The notes: a model not told the origin generated them from the letters alone. A stretch of DNA of 50,073 nucleotides from Deltaproteobacteria bacterium (GCA_032128115.1 JAQBHB010000015.1:1-50073); one strand, 5' to 3'. Positions 18,397 to 28,694 are shown, counted from the stretch's first letter. Numbers and translations: made by a program.

Positions 18397-18470
18397 TGGA
18401 GGCGGCGCCCGGATTCGAACCGGGGATCAGGGATTTGCAGTCCCGTGCCTTACCACTTGGCTACGCCGCC
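18397..18470 (-). tRNA. tRNA-Cys (GCA)
   Basis: GGCGGCGTAGCCAAGTGGTAAGGCACGGGACTGCAAATCCCTGATCCCCGGTTCGAATCCGGGCGCCGCCTCCA; CCA is encoded. Confidence 0.97.
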
Positions 18471-18543
18471 CGCCGACCCGGAGGGGTCCGGCCGTGGGTG
18501 GGTAACGCGACCCTCGCACCGAGTCAATCACCACGACCGGGCG

Positions 18544-19032
18544 TTACAACCGTGGCAGGGTCACCCGGCGTCCGGCCAGGCACAGGACGTGCCCGTCGCG
18601 TTCCTCCTCCACGGCCGCCAGCAGGTCGGCCTGGGCCCCGTGGCCGAAACGGGCCGGCAGGCCCCCGGTCAGCAGCGAGGCCTTGACGCTGCAGAGCAGT
18701 CCGTCGTCATGGGCGGAGGTTCGCAGGGATCCCGGGTCCAGGGCCTCCCGGGAGCCGTCCGAGAGCGTCAAATAGCCGTCGTGTGCATCGAAGACGCGCA
18801 CGAAGAAGGCCGCCTCCTCGATTTCGATCTGGCCGCGGAAGCTTCCGAGTTGGACCACGTAGACCCGCTCCTCGGGCAGGTAGCGCACGCCCCGGTCGAA
18901 GGCTTGGCGCAATCGGGTGTGCAGGACCGGCTCGCCCTCGTGGGTCCAGGAACCGTCGTGGTGCAGCACCAGGCCGAAAGGACGAAGCGGCGGCGGCCCC
19001 GGCCGCTCCCCTCCCCCGTCGGCGCCGGCCAT
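18544..19032 (-). CDS. hypothetical protein, DUF1285-like
   Basis: LHHDGSWTHEGEPV..IEIEEAAFFV pattern recalls DUF1285. Confidence 0.55.
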   Translation of the reverse strand: MAGADGGGERPGPPPLRPFGLVLHHDGSWTHEGEPVLHTRLRQAFDRGVRYLPEERVYVVQLGSFRGQIEIEEAAFFVRVFDAHDGYLTLSDGSREALDPGSLRTSAHDDGLLCSVKASLLTGGLPARFGHGAQADLLAAVEEERDGHVLCLAGRRVTLPRL

Positions 19033-19056
19033 TTACGGTTTACCCGGAAAGACCGC

Positions 19057-19296
19057 TTACCCGGAAAGCGACTCGGGCGTGGCCGACCCATCGGGCGCGA
19101 TGGCGAAGATGCCCACCAGGTCGTAGCGGTTCCAGAACACCACGCGGGACACGCTGCGCCCGTCGTCGGCCAGGTAGATCCACTTCTCGTTCCACTTCAC
19201 AGCGTGCTCTTCGTGGGTGCGCGGGTCGTTGACGCTGCCCACCTGGTCGGCGGGCGGCCCCAGTCGCTTCCAGACCTCGCCGCGATCGGGGTTCAT
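19057..19296 (-). CDS. small hypothetical protein (79 aa) coupled to nuoD
   Basis: ATGA overlap with the nuoD stop; EVWKRLGPP..EKWIY; protein-like composition. Confidence 0.7.
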   Translation of the reverse strand: MNPDRGEVWKRLGPPADQVGSVNDPRTHEEHAVKWNEKWIYLADDGRSVSRVVFWNRYDLVGIFAIAPDGSATPESLSG

Positions 19297-20537
19297 CGAT
19301 CGCACTCGCCGCCGATCATGTTGATGAAGTCGAACGTCGGAATCAGATCGGCAAGCAGCGCGCCCTTCAGCATGTTCCGCATGGGCGCCACGTTGATCAG
19401 GCTGGGGGGGCGACAGCGCACCTTCCAGGGCACCGCCGAGCCATCGGAAACCAGGTAGAAGCCCAGCTCGCCGTTGGCCGATTCGATGGCGAAGTAGCCC
19501 TCTCCGGCGGGAACCCGCGGTCCTTCCGTCACCGACTTGAACTGCTGGATCAGCTCCTCCATGCGGTTGAAGACCCGCCCCTTGGCGGGCCAGCGCACAC
19601 GCGGGTCGTGCACGTCGACGGGGCCCGGGCCCAGGCGCTCCAGCGCCTCCAGGCACTGCTCCACGATGCGCAGGCTCTGGTGCATCTCCTCCACGCAGAC
19701 CAGATAGCGGTCGTAGTTGTCGCCGACCTCACCGATGGGAACGTCGAACTCGATCTGGTCGTAGACCAGGTAGGGCTCGGCCTTGCGCACGTCCAGCGGT
19801 TCGCCCGCGGAGCGCAGGATCGGCCCGGTGACCGCGTAGCGCAGGCACTCCTCGCGCGAGATCACGCCGGTGCCCTTGAGGCGATCCACGAAGATGCGGT
19901 TGCTGGTGATGATGTCATCGAAGTCCCGCAGCAGCGCCCGGATCTTCCCGATGGAATCGCGGCACTGCTCGGGAAAACCGGCCGGCATGTCGTGCTTCAC
20001 GCCACCGATCCGGATGTAGTTGGAGGTCACGCGGGCGCCGCACAGCGACTCCATCAGGTCCCAGGTGAGTTCGCGGGCCTCGATGCCGTACAGAAATGGC
20101 GTCATGGCCTGCAGCTCCAGACAGCCGGCGCCGCAACGGGTCAGGTGATCCGCCAGCCGCGAGAGCTCCGACGCCAGCGTCCGCAGCCACTGGCAGCGCT
20201 CCGGGGTCTCGAGTTGCAGCAGCTTCTCGACCGCCAGGCAGTAACCCACGTTGGCCAGGATCGCCGAGTTGTAGTTGAGGCGGTCGGTGTAGGGGATCGC
20301 CTGATACCAGGTGCCGCTCTCGCATTCCTTCTCGAAGCCGCGGTGCAGGTATCCCACCTGCACGTCCATGTCGACGATGGACTCCCCGTCCAGCTCGATC
20401 AGGAATTTCACGGTGCCGTGGGTCGCCGGATGCGACGGGCCCATGTTGAGGATCTGGTGCTCCGTGTGGAGATCGCGCTCCGAGTCGTCCTCGATCGTCT
20501 CCGCGTCGCGCCCGGGCAGGTGCAGCCGACTCGCCAT
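19293..20537 (-). CDS. nuoD: NADH-quinone oxidoreductase subunit D
   Basis: NMGPSHPATHG, GYLHRGFEK, YTDRLNY, ESANGELG and GECDR C-terminus. Confidence 0.95.
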   Translation of the reverse strand: MASRLHLPGRDAETIEDDSERDLHTEHQILNMGPSHPATHGTVKFLIELDGESIVDMDVQVGYLHRGFEKECESGTWYQAIPYTDRLNYNSAILANVGYCLAVEKLLQLETPERCQWLRTLASELSRLADHLTRCGAGCLELQAMTPFLYGIEARELTWDLMESLCGARVTSNYIRIGGVKHDMPAGFPEQCRDSIGKIRALLRDFDDIITSNRIFVDRLKGTGVISREECLRYAVTGPILRSAGEPLDVRKAEPYLVYDQIEFDVPIGEVGDNYDRYLVCVEEMHQSLRIVEQCLEALERLGPGPVDVHDPRVRWPAKGRVFNRMEELIQQFKSVTEGPRVPAGEGYFAIESANGELGFYLVSDGSAVPWKVRCRPPSLINVAPMRNMLKGALLADLIPTFDFINMIGGECDR

Positions 20538-20540
20538 GGC

Positions 20541-21029
20541 CTAGTTCCTCGGGCCTACCAGGGGTTGGCGCCGCTCCTTGGGGTAGTCCTTTCGCAACGG
20601 GTGTCCCTCGAACTCCTCGTACAGCAGCAGCCGACGCAGGTCCGGATGGCCGGCGAAGCGGATCCCGTACATGTCCCACACCTCGCGCTCCATCCAGTTC
20701 GCGGAGGGCCACAAGGAGGTGGCACTGTCGACCTCCGGCGCCTGCTCGGAAACCCGCACCTTGATCCGCAGCCGGTGATTCTTGGCCACCGAGTAGAAGT
20801 GGTAGACCACCTCGAAGCGCGGGGTCTCCCCCAGGTAGTCCACGGCGGTCAAATCCGTGAGCATCTCGAACTCGAGCGCCGGGTCGTCGCGAAGCAGGCG
20901 CAGGACGTCGAGCAGGCTCGAGGCCGCGATCCGGGCGGTGGCATCGCCCAGGCGGGCGTGAGTCTCCTCCACCGCATCGGGTAGCAGCGCCAGCAGGCGG
21001 CGGAGCACCGGAGAGCCGCAGTCGTCCAT
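20541..21029 (-). CDS. nuoC: NADH-quinone oxidoreductase subunit C
   Basis: TAVDY, RFEVVYH, ANWMEREVWDMYGI and GHPLRKDYP motifs. Confidence 0.95.
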   Translation of the reverse strand: MDDCGSPVLRRLLALLPDAVEETHARLGDATARIAASSLLDVLRLLRDDPALEFEMLTDLTAVDYLGETPRFEVVYHFYSVAKNHRLRIKVRVSEQAPEVDSATSLWPSANWMEREVWDMYGIRFAGHPDLRRLLLYEEFEGHPLRKDYPKERRQPLVGPRN

Positions 21030-21036
21030 CGCGTTT

Positions 21037-21603
21037 CTAGTCCTTCTTGGCGTGTTGGCGGCCGTACTCGGCGCGCAGGAAGTCGAGGCGACGTTCGAGC
21101 AGATTCTCGGGAACCAGCAGCTGCTCCTTGTGGTAGAGCATGGAACCCCGGTCGTAGCTCGCGATCTCCACCTCGCGGCTCATCACGATGGCCTCCTCGG
21201 GACAGGCCTCTTCGCACAGGCCGCAGAACATGCAGCGCGACATGTCGATGTCGAAGGCCACGGGGTAGCGCTCGATGCGGGCTCCCTCGATCTCGCCCGG
21301 CACGATGCTGATGCAGTCGGTGGGGCACGCGAATTCGCACAGGCCGCAGGCCACGCAGCGGGGCTGGCCGTTCTCGAGGGCTACCAGCACCGGCATGCCC
21401 CGGAAGGCGTCCGGGTAGTCCACCCGCTCCTCGGGATACTGCACCACGAAATCCGTGCGGTTCTTCCCGGTGATGAAGCCCCGCAGATTGCGGAAGAAAT
21501 GACGGCTCGTGACCCGGAGCCCCTGGTAGATCATGGGAAGATAGAGGCGCTCGACCCAACCGAGTCGTTCACGACGGTCGACCACGATGACTTTGCCCGG
21601 CAC
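21037..21603 (-). CDS. nuoI: NADH-quinone oxidoreductase subunit I
   Basis: QYPEE and two CxxCxxCxxxCP motifs; start placed at GTG 21603, 7 nt after TATATT. Confidence 0.93.
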   Translation of the reverse strand: MPGKVIVVDRRERLGWVERLYLPMIYQGLRVTSRHFFRNLRGFITGKNRTDFVVQYPEERVDYPDAFRGMPVLVALENGQPRCVACGLCEFACPTDCISIVPGEIEGARIERYPVAFDIDMSRCMFCGLCEEACPEEAIVMSREVEIASYDRGSMLYHKEQLLVPENLLERRLDFLRAEYGRQHAKKD

Positions 21604-21664
21604 GGGCGGCAATATAGGCGAAGTGCCGGGGGGTTTCCGCTGGCACCGGCTGGCTTCGGCGGCC

Positions 21665-22567
21665 CTACGATCGGGACGCGGCCGTCTCCTCGCCGTGCCC
21701 CGCCAACTGCTCCGCTCGATACGAGCTGCGCACCAGCGGGCCCGAGGCCACCTCCCGGAAGCCGAGCCCGCGTGCCCGTGTGCCCCAGGCGTCGAACTCC
21801 TCGGGCGTCACCCAGCGGTCCACCGGAAGATGGACCGGCGAGGGCTGCAGGTACTGGCCCAGGGTCAACAGGGTCACTCCGGCGGTCCGCAGGTCCGACA
21901 GCGCCGTCTCCACTTCGAGGGGAGTCTCGCCCAGGCCCAGCATCAGCCCGCTCTTGGTGGGGATTTCCGGCCGCAACTCGCCCGCGCGGCGAAGCACGCC
22001 GAGCGATCGGTCGTAGCGCGCCGCCACCCGCACTCGACGCGTCAGGCGCTCCACCGTTTCCAGGTTGTGGTTGAGAACGTCCGGCCCCGCGTCGAGCACG
22101 CTGACCAGGTCCGCCTCGACGCCCTTGTAGTCGGAGATCAGCACCTCGATGCCCGTGCCGGGACAGCGCTCGCGGATGGCCCGGACCGTGCGCGCCATCT
22201 GCCCGGCGCCCCCGTCCGGCAGATCGTCGCGGGCCACGCAGGTCACCACCGTAAAACGCAGTCCCAGGCTCGCCACGGCCTCGGCCACGCGACCGGGCTC
22301 GTCGGGATCGAGAGGCTGCGGCCTCCCGGTGACCACGTCGCAGAAGCCGCAGCGGCGGGTGCACAGGTTGCCGCCGATCATGAAGGTGGCGGTGCCCCGC
22401 GACCAGCACTCGCCCAGATTGGGGCAGGCGGCCGACGAGCACACGGTATGCAGCTGCTGGCGCGTCACGATCTCGCGCACCCGCTCGAACTCCGGGCTCA
22501 GGCGCAGGCGGACCCGCAACCACGGGGGCCGGGCCCCGCGCCCCGAAGCGGCGGCGGGGGCGCTCAC
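21665..22567 (-). CDS. lipA: lipoyl synthase
   Basis: CSSAACPNLGEC, CTRRCGFC, NHNLETV and VRSSY; GTGA overlap with lipB. Confidence 0.96.
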   Translation of the reverse strand: MSAPAAASGRGARPPWLRVRLRLSPEFERVREIVTRQQLHTVCSSAACPNLGECWSRGTATFMIGGNLCTRRCGFCDVVTGRPQPLDPDEPGRVAEAVASLGLRFTVVTCVARDDLPDGGAGQMARTVRAIRERCPGTGIEVLISDYKGVEADLVSVLDAGPDVLNHNLETVERLTRRVRVAARYDRSLGVLRRAGELRPEIPTKSGLMLGLGETPLEVETALSDLRTAGVTLLTLGQYLQPSPVHLPVDRWVTPEEFDAWGTRARGLGFREVASGPLVRSSYRAEQLAGHGEETAASRS

Positions 22568-23247
22568 GCCCACTCCCTGCGGAACGCGTCGGCCACGGCC
22601 ATCCGCGCGCGGACGGCCAGGTCGGGCGGCGCTGCCGCGCCCAGCTCACGGGCCAGCGAGGTCATTTCCACATCGTGGAGTCCGCAGGGCACGATGGTCT
22701 CGAAGCCCGCCAGATCCAGATCCACGTTGAGGGCGAAGCCGTGGTAGGTGACCCAGCCCCGCACGCCCACGCCGATCGACGCGAGCTTGCGGGGCCGCGC
22801 CGCCGATTCCCCGTCCCAGGGTGACGCGAAGACGCCCGTGAAGCCCTCGCGCGTCCGCGCAGCCACTCCCAGGTGCGCCAGCGCCTCCACCAGGCAGGCC
22901 TCGATCCGGCGCAGGTAGCGGTGCACGTCGGCCTCGCCGAGTGCCGCAAGATCCAGGATCGGGTAGCCCACCAGCTGGCCGGGGGCGTGGTAGGTGACGT
23001 CGCCGCCCCGGGACACTTCGAATACCGCGATGCCCCGGGAACGCAGCACCTCGCGGCTCACGCGCAGGTTGCCGGGCTTCGCGCTGCGGCCCAGGGTGAT
23101 GACCGCCGGGTGCTCCAGCAGCAGCAGACGGTCCGGCCCGGCGCCGGATCGGCGCGCCTCGACGCACTTCATCTGGAGTTCGAGAGCCTCGTCGTAGGGA
23201 AGCGTCCCGCGCCACTCGATGGACAGGTCAGTCTTCATTCGCGTCAT
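22564..23247 (-). CDS. lipB: octanoyltransferase
   Basis: [35 protein letters not shown] and PCG; start may be 23238. Confidence 0.95.
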   Translation of the reverse strand: MTRMKTDLSIEWRGTLPYDEALELQMKCVEARRSGAGPDRLLLLEHPAVITLGRSAKPGNLRVSREVLRSRGIAVFEVSRGGDVTYHAPGQLVGYPILDLAALGEADVHRYLRRIEACLVEALAHLGVAARTREGFTGVFASPWDGESAARPRKLASIGVGVRGWVTYHGFALNVDLDLAGFETIVPCGLHDVEMTSLARELGAAAPPDLAVRARMAVADAFRREWA

Positions 23248-24700
23248 CGCCGGCCACCAGCTGTTCCGGCTCCTCGAGCACGCGGATCAGCTCGGCCAGG
23301 AAACGGGCCGCCCGGGCCCCGTCCACCACCCGGTGATCGCAGGCCAGGCCGAAGTCCATGCGGCGGCCGGCGCGGATCTCGCCCTTGGCGTCCACCACGG
23401 GAAGCGTCCGCATGCCGCCCACCGACAGCACCATGCTCTGGGGCGGCGTCAGGATCGCGTAGAAGCGATCCACGCCCAGCATGCCCAGGTTCGAGATGGT
23501 GAACGTGCCGTCCGCGTAGTCCCCTGGCGCAAGCTTCTTGTCTCGCGCCTTCTGGATCAGCTCGTCGCTGGCCGCGGCCAGGTTCTCCAGGCTGCGGCCC
23601 GCGCAGTCCTTCACCACCGGCGCCAACAGTTCATCGTCCACGTCGACTGCCAGCGCGATGTTGATGGGCTGGTACACCAGGATGCGCCCGTCCTGGAAGG
23701 TGGCGTTCACCTGGGGATGCCGCGAAAGCGCCAGGGCCGCGGCCTTCAGGATCATGTGCGTGTACGTGACCCTCACCCCGCGCTGCTTCATCTGGGTCCG
23801 GAAGGCGCTCAGGGGCTCGGCATCCATCTCGCGCGAAATGTAGAAGTGGGGCGCCGACTGCTTGCTCTCCACCATGTTGCGGATCAGGAACTTCCGCTTC
23901 TGGGAGAGCGCGATCTCGCCGCTGTAGAGCCGGGCCTCGCGGGCGGGCACCCCCTTGGCCTGCTGCTCCAGGTAGCGCTGGATGTCGCGCTTGGTCACGC
24001 GACCGCCGGGACCGCTGGACTTCACCTGACTCAGGTCCAGGCCGCGTTCGTCGGCGATGCGGGCCGCCACCGGCGTGGCCAGCACGTCGCCTTCCTGGAG
24101 CGTCTCGGTGCTGGCCTCCAGGGCCTCCAGGTAGGCCGCAACGTCAGCGACGAGCACGGCACCGTCGGGACCCGAGCCTGCGATCTCCGACAGATCCACG
24201 TTGTGGTCGCGCGCGATCGCCCGGGCCCGGGGCGTGGAGCGCACCCGGTCGGGATCCGCCACGAAGTACGGAAGCTCGGACATCCGCATCGGAAGCGCTG
24301 CGGATCCGGTGGCTGCCGGGACCGGCGCGGGTGCTGGTGCTGCGGGCACCGGAGCCGGGGCCTCCCGCACCTCCGGCGCCGCGGCCGGGGACGCCGCCGG
24401 CGCAACCGCCGGGGTCGCTCCGCGGCTCTCCAGGAAGCGCGCCAGATCCTCGTCGGTATCCTTGCGCAACCGCACCACGGCGATGGGCGTTCCGATGGAT
24501 ACGGTTTCGCCGGCCTGCACCAGGATCTTGGCCAGGTGGCCCGCCACGTAGGCCTCGAACTCCATGTCGGCCTTGTCGGTCTCGATCTCGACCAGGATGT
24601 CGCCCTTGGCGATGGGGTCGCCCTCGGACTTCCGCCACACATTGAGGGTCCCCTCCTCCATGGTGTCGGAGAGCTTCGGCATCTTGATTTCGCGCGGCAT
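23228..24700 (-). CDS. pdhC: pyruvate dehydrogenase E2, dihydrolipoamide acetyltransferase
   Basis: [11 protein letters not shown], lipoyl ETDKA, two peripheral-subunit-binding repeats, TISNLG and CDHRVVDG. Confidence 0.88.
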   Translation of the reverse strand: MPREIKMPKLSDTMEEGTLNVWRKSEGDPIAKGDILVEIETDKADMEFEAYVAGHLAKILVQAGETVSIGTPIAVVRLRKDTDEDLARFLESRGATPAVAPAASPAAAPEVREAPAPVPAAPAPAPVPAATGSAALPMRMSELPYFVADPDRVRSTPRARAIARDHNVDLSEIAGSGPDGAVLVADVAAYLEALEASTETLQEGDVLATPVAARIADERGLDLSQVKSSGPGGRVTKRDIQRYLEQQAKGVPAREARLYSGEIALSQKRKFLIRNMVESKQSAPHFYISREMDAEPLSAFRTQMKQRGVRVTYTHMILKAAALALSRHPQVNATFQDGRILVYQPINIALAVDVDDELLAPVVKDCAGRSLENLAAASDELIQKARDKKLAPGDYADGTFTISNLGMLGVDRFYAILTPPQSMVLSVGGMRTLPVVDAKGEIRAGRRMDFGLACDHRVVDGARAARFLAELIRVLEEPEQLVAGDDANED

Positions 24701-24729
24701 GCATCCCTCCCGGGTCGACCGGGACCCGA

Positions 24730-25704
24730 TCAGGTCGTGATCTTGAGTACGGCCTGGACGATGTCTTCGGCGTGGGGCAGTGCCGCCTGCTCCAGGTCCT
24801 TCGAGTACGGAAGCGGCACGTTGGCGGCGCCCACGCGCAGCACCGGGGCATCGAGTTCGTGAAAAAGCTGCTCCTGGAGCCGCGCGGCGATCTCGGCTCC
24901 CACACCCACGTTGCGCCACCCCTCTTCGGCCACCACGCAGCGGCGCGTACGCGCCACCGACGTCATGATGGCGTTCCAATCGAGCGGGTCCAGCGTGCGG
25001 GGATCGAGAACCTCGGCCTCGATGCCCTCACCGGCCAGGATCTCCGCGGCCCGGAGTGCCTCGAGCACCATCTTCGACCAGGCCACGATCGTGACATCCG
25101 AACCCGGACGCTTCACATCGGCTTCGCCCAGGGGGATCAGGTACTCGCCTTCGGGCACGGGTCCGACGCTGGAGTAGAGCATCTCGTGCTCGATGAACAG
25201 CACCGGATCGTTGCAGCGAATCGAGGTCTTGAGCAGGCCCTTGGCATCGTAGGGGGTGCTGGGAATCACGACCCGGATCCCGGGCGCGTTCACGAACCAG
25301 GATTCGATGGAGTGGGAGTGTTGGGCGCCCTTCTGGGTGCCTCCGCCCCCGGGAGCGCGGATCGTCAGCGGGACCTGGAACTGACCTCCGAACATGTAAT
25401 GCATCTTCGCGACATGATTGATGATCTGGTCCATCGCCACGATCGCGAAATTCATGGTCATGAGCTCGGGAACCGGCCGCAGACCCGCCAGCGCCGCCCC
25501 CATGGCCAGCCCCACGATTCCCGCCTCGGCGATCGGCGTGTCGCGCACCCGCCGCGAGCCGAACTCGGCCATCAGACCCTCGGTGGCCCGGAAGGTGCCG
25601 CCAAACAGGCCGATGTCTTCGCCCATCAGGAAGACGTCGTCGTCCAGACGCATCTCTTCGGCCATGGCTTCGATCAGGGCTTCGTAGTAGCGGATCTCAC
25701 GCAT
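24730..25704 (-). CDS. pdhB: pyruvate dehydrogenase E1 beta
   Basis: GEDIG, DTPIAE, AQHSHS and DAKGLL motifs. Confidence 0.9.
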   Translation of the reverse strand: MREIRYYEALIEAMAEEMRLDDDVFLMGEDIGLFGGTFRATEGLMAEFGSRRVRDTPIAEAGIVGLAMGAALAGLRPVPELMTMNFAIVAMDQIINHVAKMHYMFGGQFQVPLTIRAPGGGGTQKGAQHSHSIESWFVNAPGIRVVIPSTPYDAKGLLKTSIRCNDPVLFIEHEMLYSSVGPVPEGEYLIPLGEADVKRPGSDVTIVAWSKMVLEALRAAEILAGEGIEAEVLDPRTLDPLDWNAIMTSVARTRRCVVAEEGWRNVGVGAEIAARLQEQLFHELDAPVLRVGAANVPLPYSKDLEQAALPHAEDIVQAVLKITT

Positions 25705-26680
25705 GCGGATCGCTCGGATAGCGCTCGGAAAACACGTGGTCATACAGCGCCGACGGAGACGGCATCGGGCTCTCCTGCGCGAACTCCACGGCTGCGTCGC
25801 AGATCTCCTCGATCTCCGCGTCCAGCTCCTGCAGCCGCTCCTCGCTGGCGATGCCCTCCTCCAGCAGCGTCCGGGCCAGGCGCGGGATCGGGTCGCGTTT
25901 GCGCCACAGGTCCTCTTCGGCCCGGGCCCGGTAGCGGCCCGGGTCGGTCATGGAGTGCCCCTGGTAGCGGTAGCAGCGGGCCTCGATCAGCGCGGGGCCA
26001 CTGCCGGCGCGGACGTGCTTCACCACGTCGTCGCACAGCTTGCGCACCTCGAGCACATCCATGCCGTTCACCCGGTAGCCGGGCATGCCGTAGCCCGAGG
26101 CCTTCTTGTAGACCTCGGTCAGCGACGACGACAGGCGCACATCGGTGCCGATCCCGTAGAAGTTGTTCTCGCACACGAAGATGACGGGAAGGTTCCAGAT
26201 CTTTGCGAAGTTGAGGGCCTCGTGCCAGACGCCCTGGTTGGTGGCGCCATCCCCGAAGAAGCTCATGACGATGCGGTCGTCTTCGCGGTAGCTACACGCC
26301 AGGCCCAGGCCGGCGGCGATGGGCATCGAACCTCCCACGATGCCGGTGCCCCCGAAGAAGTAGTTCTCCATGTCGGCCAGGTGCATGGAGCCGCCCTTGC
26401 CGTGGCAGATTCCCGTTTCGCGACCGAACAGCTCGGCCATGAATTTCTTGGGATCCCCTTCGCGGGCGAGGAAGTGCCCGTGATCCCGGTAGGTGCCAAT
26501 CACGTAGTCGTCGTGGTTCAGCGCACTGATGGCGCCCGTGGCCACCGCCTCCTGGCCGATGTAGAGGTGGGTGAAGCCGCCGATGGCCTGCTCGCCATAC
26601 ATCTCGGCCACCCGCTCCTCGAGGCGACGGATCAGCAACATCTGCCGGTACATCCGGAGCTTGGCGGTGGCTGTGATCAT
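25697..26680 (-). CDS. pdhA: pyruvate dehydrogenase E1 alpha
   Basis: GGFTHLYIGQEA, GKGGSMH, ThDP motif GDGA..ENN and RYQGHSMTDP. Confidence 0.92.
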   Translation of the reverse strand: MITATAKLRMYRQMLLIRRLEERVAEMYGEQAIGGFTHLYIGQEAVATGAISALNHDDYVIGTYRDHGHFLAREGDPKKFMAELFGRETGICHGKGGSMHLADMENYFFGGTGIVGGSMPIAAGLGLACSYREDDRIVMSFFGDGATNQGVWHEALNFAKIWNLPVIFVCENNFYGIGTDVRLSSSLTEVYKKASGYGMPGYRVNGMDVLEVRKLCDDVVKHVRAGSGPALIEARCYRYQGHSMTDPGRYRARAEEDLWRKRDPIPRLARTLLEEGIASEERLQELDAEIEEICDAAVEFAQESPMPSPSALYDHVFSERYPSDPHA

Positions 26681-26681
26681 G

Positions 26682-27875
26682 TTAGAGATCGAACTCCGCC
26701 TCCTCCAACAACTCGCGAACCCGGAACAGGAAGCTGTTGGCCGGCGCGCCATCCACGGCTCGATGGTCGTACGAGAGCGCCAGGTGCATGATCGGCCGGA
26801 TGGCCAGGGTGTCCTCTCCGTTCAGGGTGCGGACCACCGGCCGCTTCACGATCTCGCCCATGCGCAGGATGCCCACCTGGGGTTGATTGATGATCGCGAA
26901 GCCATGAAGGTTTCCGTGGCGTCCGGGGTTGGACACCGTGAAGGTGCCGCCCTTGAGTTCGTCCGCCGACAGTCGCTTGCTGCGGGCACGGCTGGCCAGG
27001 TCTTCCACCGCCTGGGCCAGACCCGCTAGCGACAGACGATCCGCGTGACGCGCGACGGGGACCACGAGCCCCTTCTCGGTCTCCACCGCCACCCCCACGT
27101 GGATGTCATTCTTCTCGACGATCGCATCCTCGAGTACCGAGGCGTTGAGACGCGGGAATTCGCGAAGCGCGCGCACTGCGGCGTGCACGATGAAGGGCAG
27201 GAACGACAGGCTGAAGCCGTGGGCCTCGCGGAAGGCGACCTTGTGGGCGTCCCGCACCCGCGCCACGCCGCCCATGTCGATCTCGGCCACGGTGCCCACG
27301 TGCGGGCTCACCCGCTTGGACATCACCATGTGCTCCGCCACGAGGCGACGCAGCGGTGTCATGGGGACCACCCGGTCGCCGGGCTGCAGCGTGTAATTCA
27401 GGTAGGCGGGACGCTCGGCCGGCTCGGCGGAGACCGCCGCCGGCCGGGGCCGCGTCGGCGCACGCTCGTCGGCGTGGCGCGTCAGGTCGCCCTTGGTGAC
27501 ACGCCCGGACGGGCCGGTGCCCTCGACCGCGCGCAGATCGATGCGGGACTCCTCCGCCAGACGCCGGGCTACCGGCGTCGCCCGCGGCCGCTCGAGCGAA
27601 GGCGTTGAAACCCGTGGGGACGGCCCAGTCGCGTCGCCTTCCGGCGCCATCATGGCCAGGGCCTCGCCCACCGCCAGGGTCTGTCCCTCCTGCACCAGGA
27701 TCTTCTCGATCACGCCGGCCGCGGGTGCTGGGATCTCGGCATCCACCTTGTCGGTGGTCACCTCGACCAGGGGCTGGTCAGCCTCGACCCGGTCGCCTTC
27801 CGCTACCAGCCAGCGGGAGACGGTGCCCTCGACCACCGACTCTCCGAGCTCTGGCAGCGCCACTTCGATGGACAT
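26682..27875 (-). CDS. second 2-oxoacid dehydrogenase E2 (SucB/DlaT/BkdB-like acyltransferase)
   Basis: LPELGESVVEGT, lipoyl TTDKV, one PSBD and LSYDHRAVDG. Confidence 0.88.
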   Translation of the reverse strand: MSIEVALPELGESVVEGTVSRWLVAEGDRVEADQPLVEVTTDKVDAEIPAPAAGVIEKILVQEGQTLAVGEALAMMAPEGDATGPSPRVSTPSLERPRATPVARRLAEESRIDLRAVEGTGPSGRVTKGDLTRHADERAPTRPRPAAVSAEPAERPAYLNYTLQPGDRVVPMTPLRRLVAEHMVMSKRVSPHVGTVAEIDMGGVARVRDAHKVAFREAHGFSLSFLPFIVHAAVRALREFPRLNASVLEDAIVEKNDIHVGVAVETEKGLVVPVARHADRLSLAGLAQAVEDLASRARSKRLSADELKGGTFTVSNPGRHGNLHGFAIINQPQVGILRMGEIVKRPVVRTLNGEDTLAIRPIMHLALSYDHRAVDGAPANSFLFRVRELLEEAEFDL

Positions 27876-28001
27876 CGGACCTGGAACCCCCTCTCGTCCG
27901 TCCCGCAGCCCCCCCTGGCGCCGCGGCATGGCGGGCAGGCTCGGGTGCGCCTCGCTGATTCGATCGGCCGGAGGCGCCCCAATCTTGACGCGCCAGCGGC
28001 C

Positions 28002-28589
28002 TCAGGCGACCGGCTTCTCCACCAGCGGGAGCAGAAGGTCGGCGGTTTCCCGGTGACGCCCGTCGGACGGCACCTTTTCCAGCTGGACGCGGGCCTGGAG
28101 CTTCATCAGGCCGTCCAGCACGGCCTCGGGGCGGGGCGGGCAGCCGGGGATGTAGATGTCCACGGGGATGATGGTGTCGATGCCCTGGACCGTGGCGTAG
28201 TTGTCGTAGGGCCCTCCGGAGCAGGTACAGGCGCCGAAGGCCACCACCCACTTGGGCTCGGCCATCTGGTCGTAGACCTTCTTCAGGATGGGAGCCTGCC
28301 GGTGGGAAATCGTGCCCACCACCATGAGCAGGTCCGATTGGCGCGGCGAGAAGCGGGGCAACGCGCAGCCGAAACGATCGATGTCGTAGCGGGGGCCCGC
28401 CACGGACATGAACTCCATGCCGCAACAGGCGGTTACGAAGGGGTACAGGAACATCGAGTACTTGCGACCCCAGTTGATGACCGCATCCGCCTTGGTGGTC
28501 ATGAAGGAGTCGCCGCCCTGGCGCAGGAATTCGACCGCTCGGCGAGAGTGGGCCTCGAGAAGGGTTTCGGGCTGCGTCGAATCGCTCAT
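28002..28589 (-). CDS. nuoB: NADH-quinone oxidoreductase subunit B
   Basis: TACCGMEFM, FSPRQSD, GAC and PGCPPRPE; GGAGG RBS. Confidence 0.95.
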   Translation of the reverse strand: MSDSTQPETLLEAHSRRAVEFLRQGGDSFMTTKADAVINWGRKYSMFLYPFVTACCGMEFMSVAGPRYDIDRFGCALPRFSPRQSDLLMVVGTISHRQAPILKKVYDQMAEPKWVVAFGACTCSGGPYDNYATVQGIDTIIPVDIYIPGCPPRPEAVLDGLMKLQARVQLEKVPSDGRHRETADLLLPLVEKPVA

Positions 28590-28694
28590 GACTTCCTCCG
28601 GGGAGCGCCCCGACTATAGCGGCTCTGATATGCTGGCCGCCGGCATGAGGCGGACGGCGCGAGGCACCTCCTTCCCGCTTCCGGGCTTCTCGCG

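Noticed and set aside
19293..20537. NuoD as a group 4 [NiFe]-hydrogenase large subunit (Cys-rich, with only B/C/D/I genes present)
   Set aside because: It has no N- or C-terminal CxxC nickel motifs; the quinone-site HPATHG and DRLNY motifs and a GECDR end are present.
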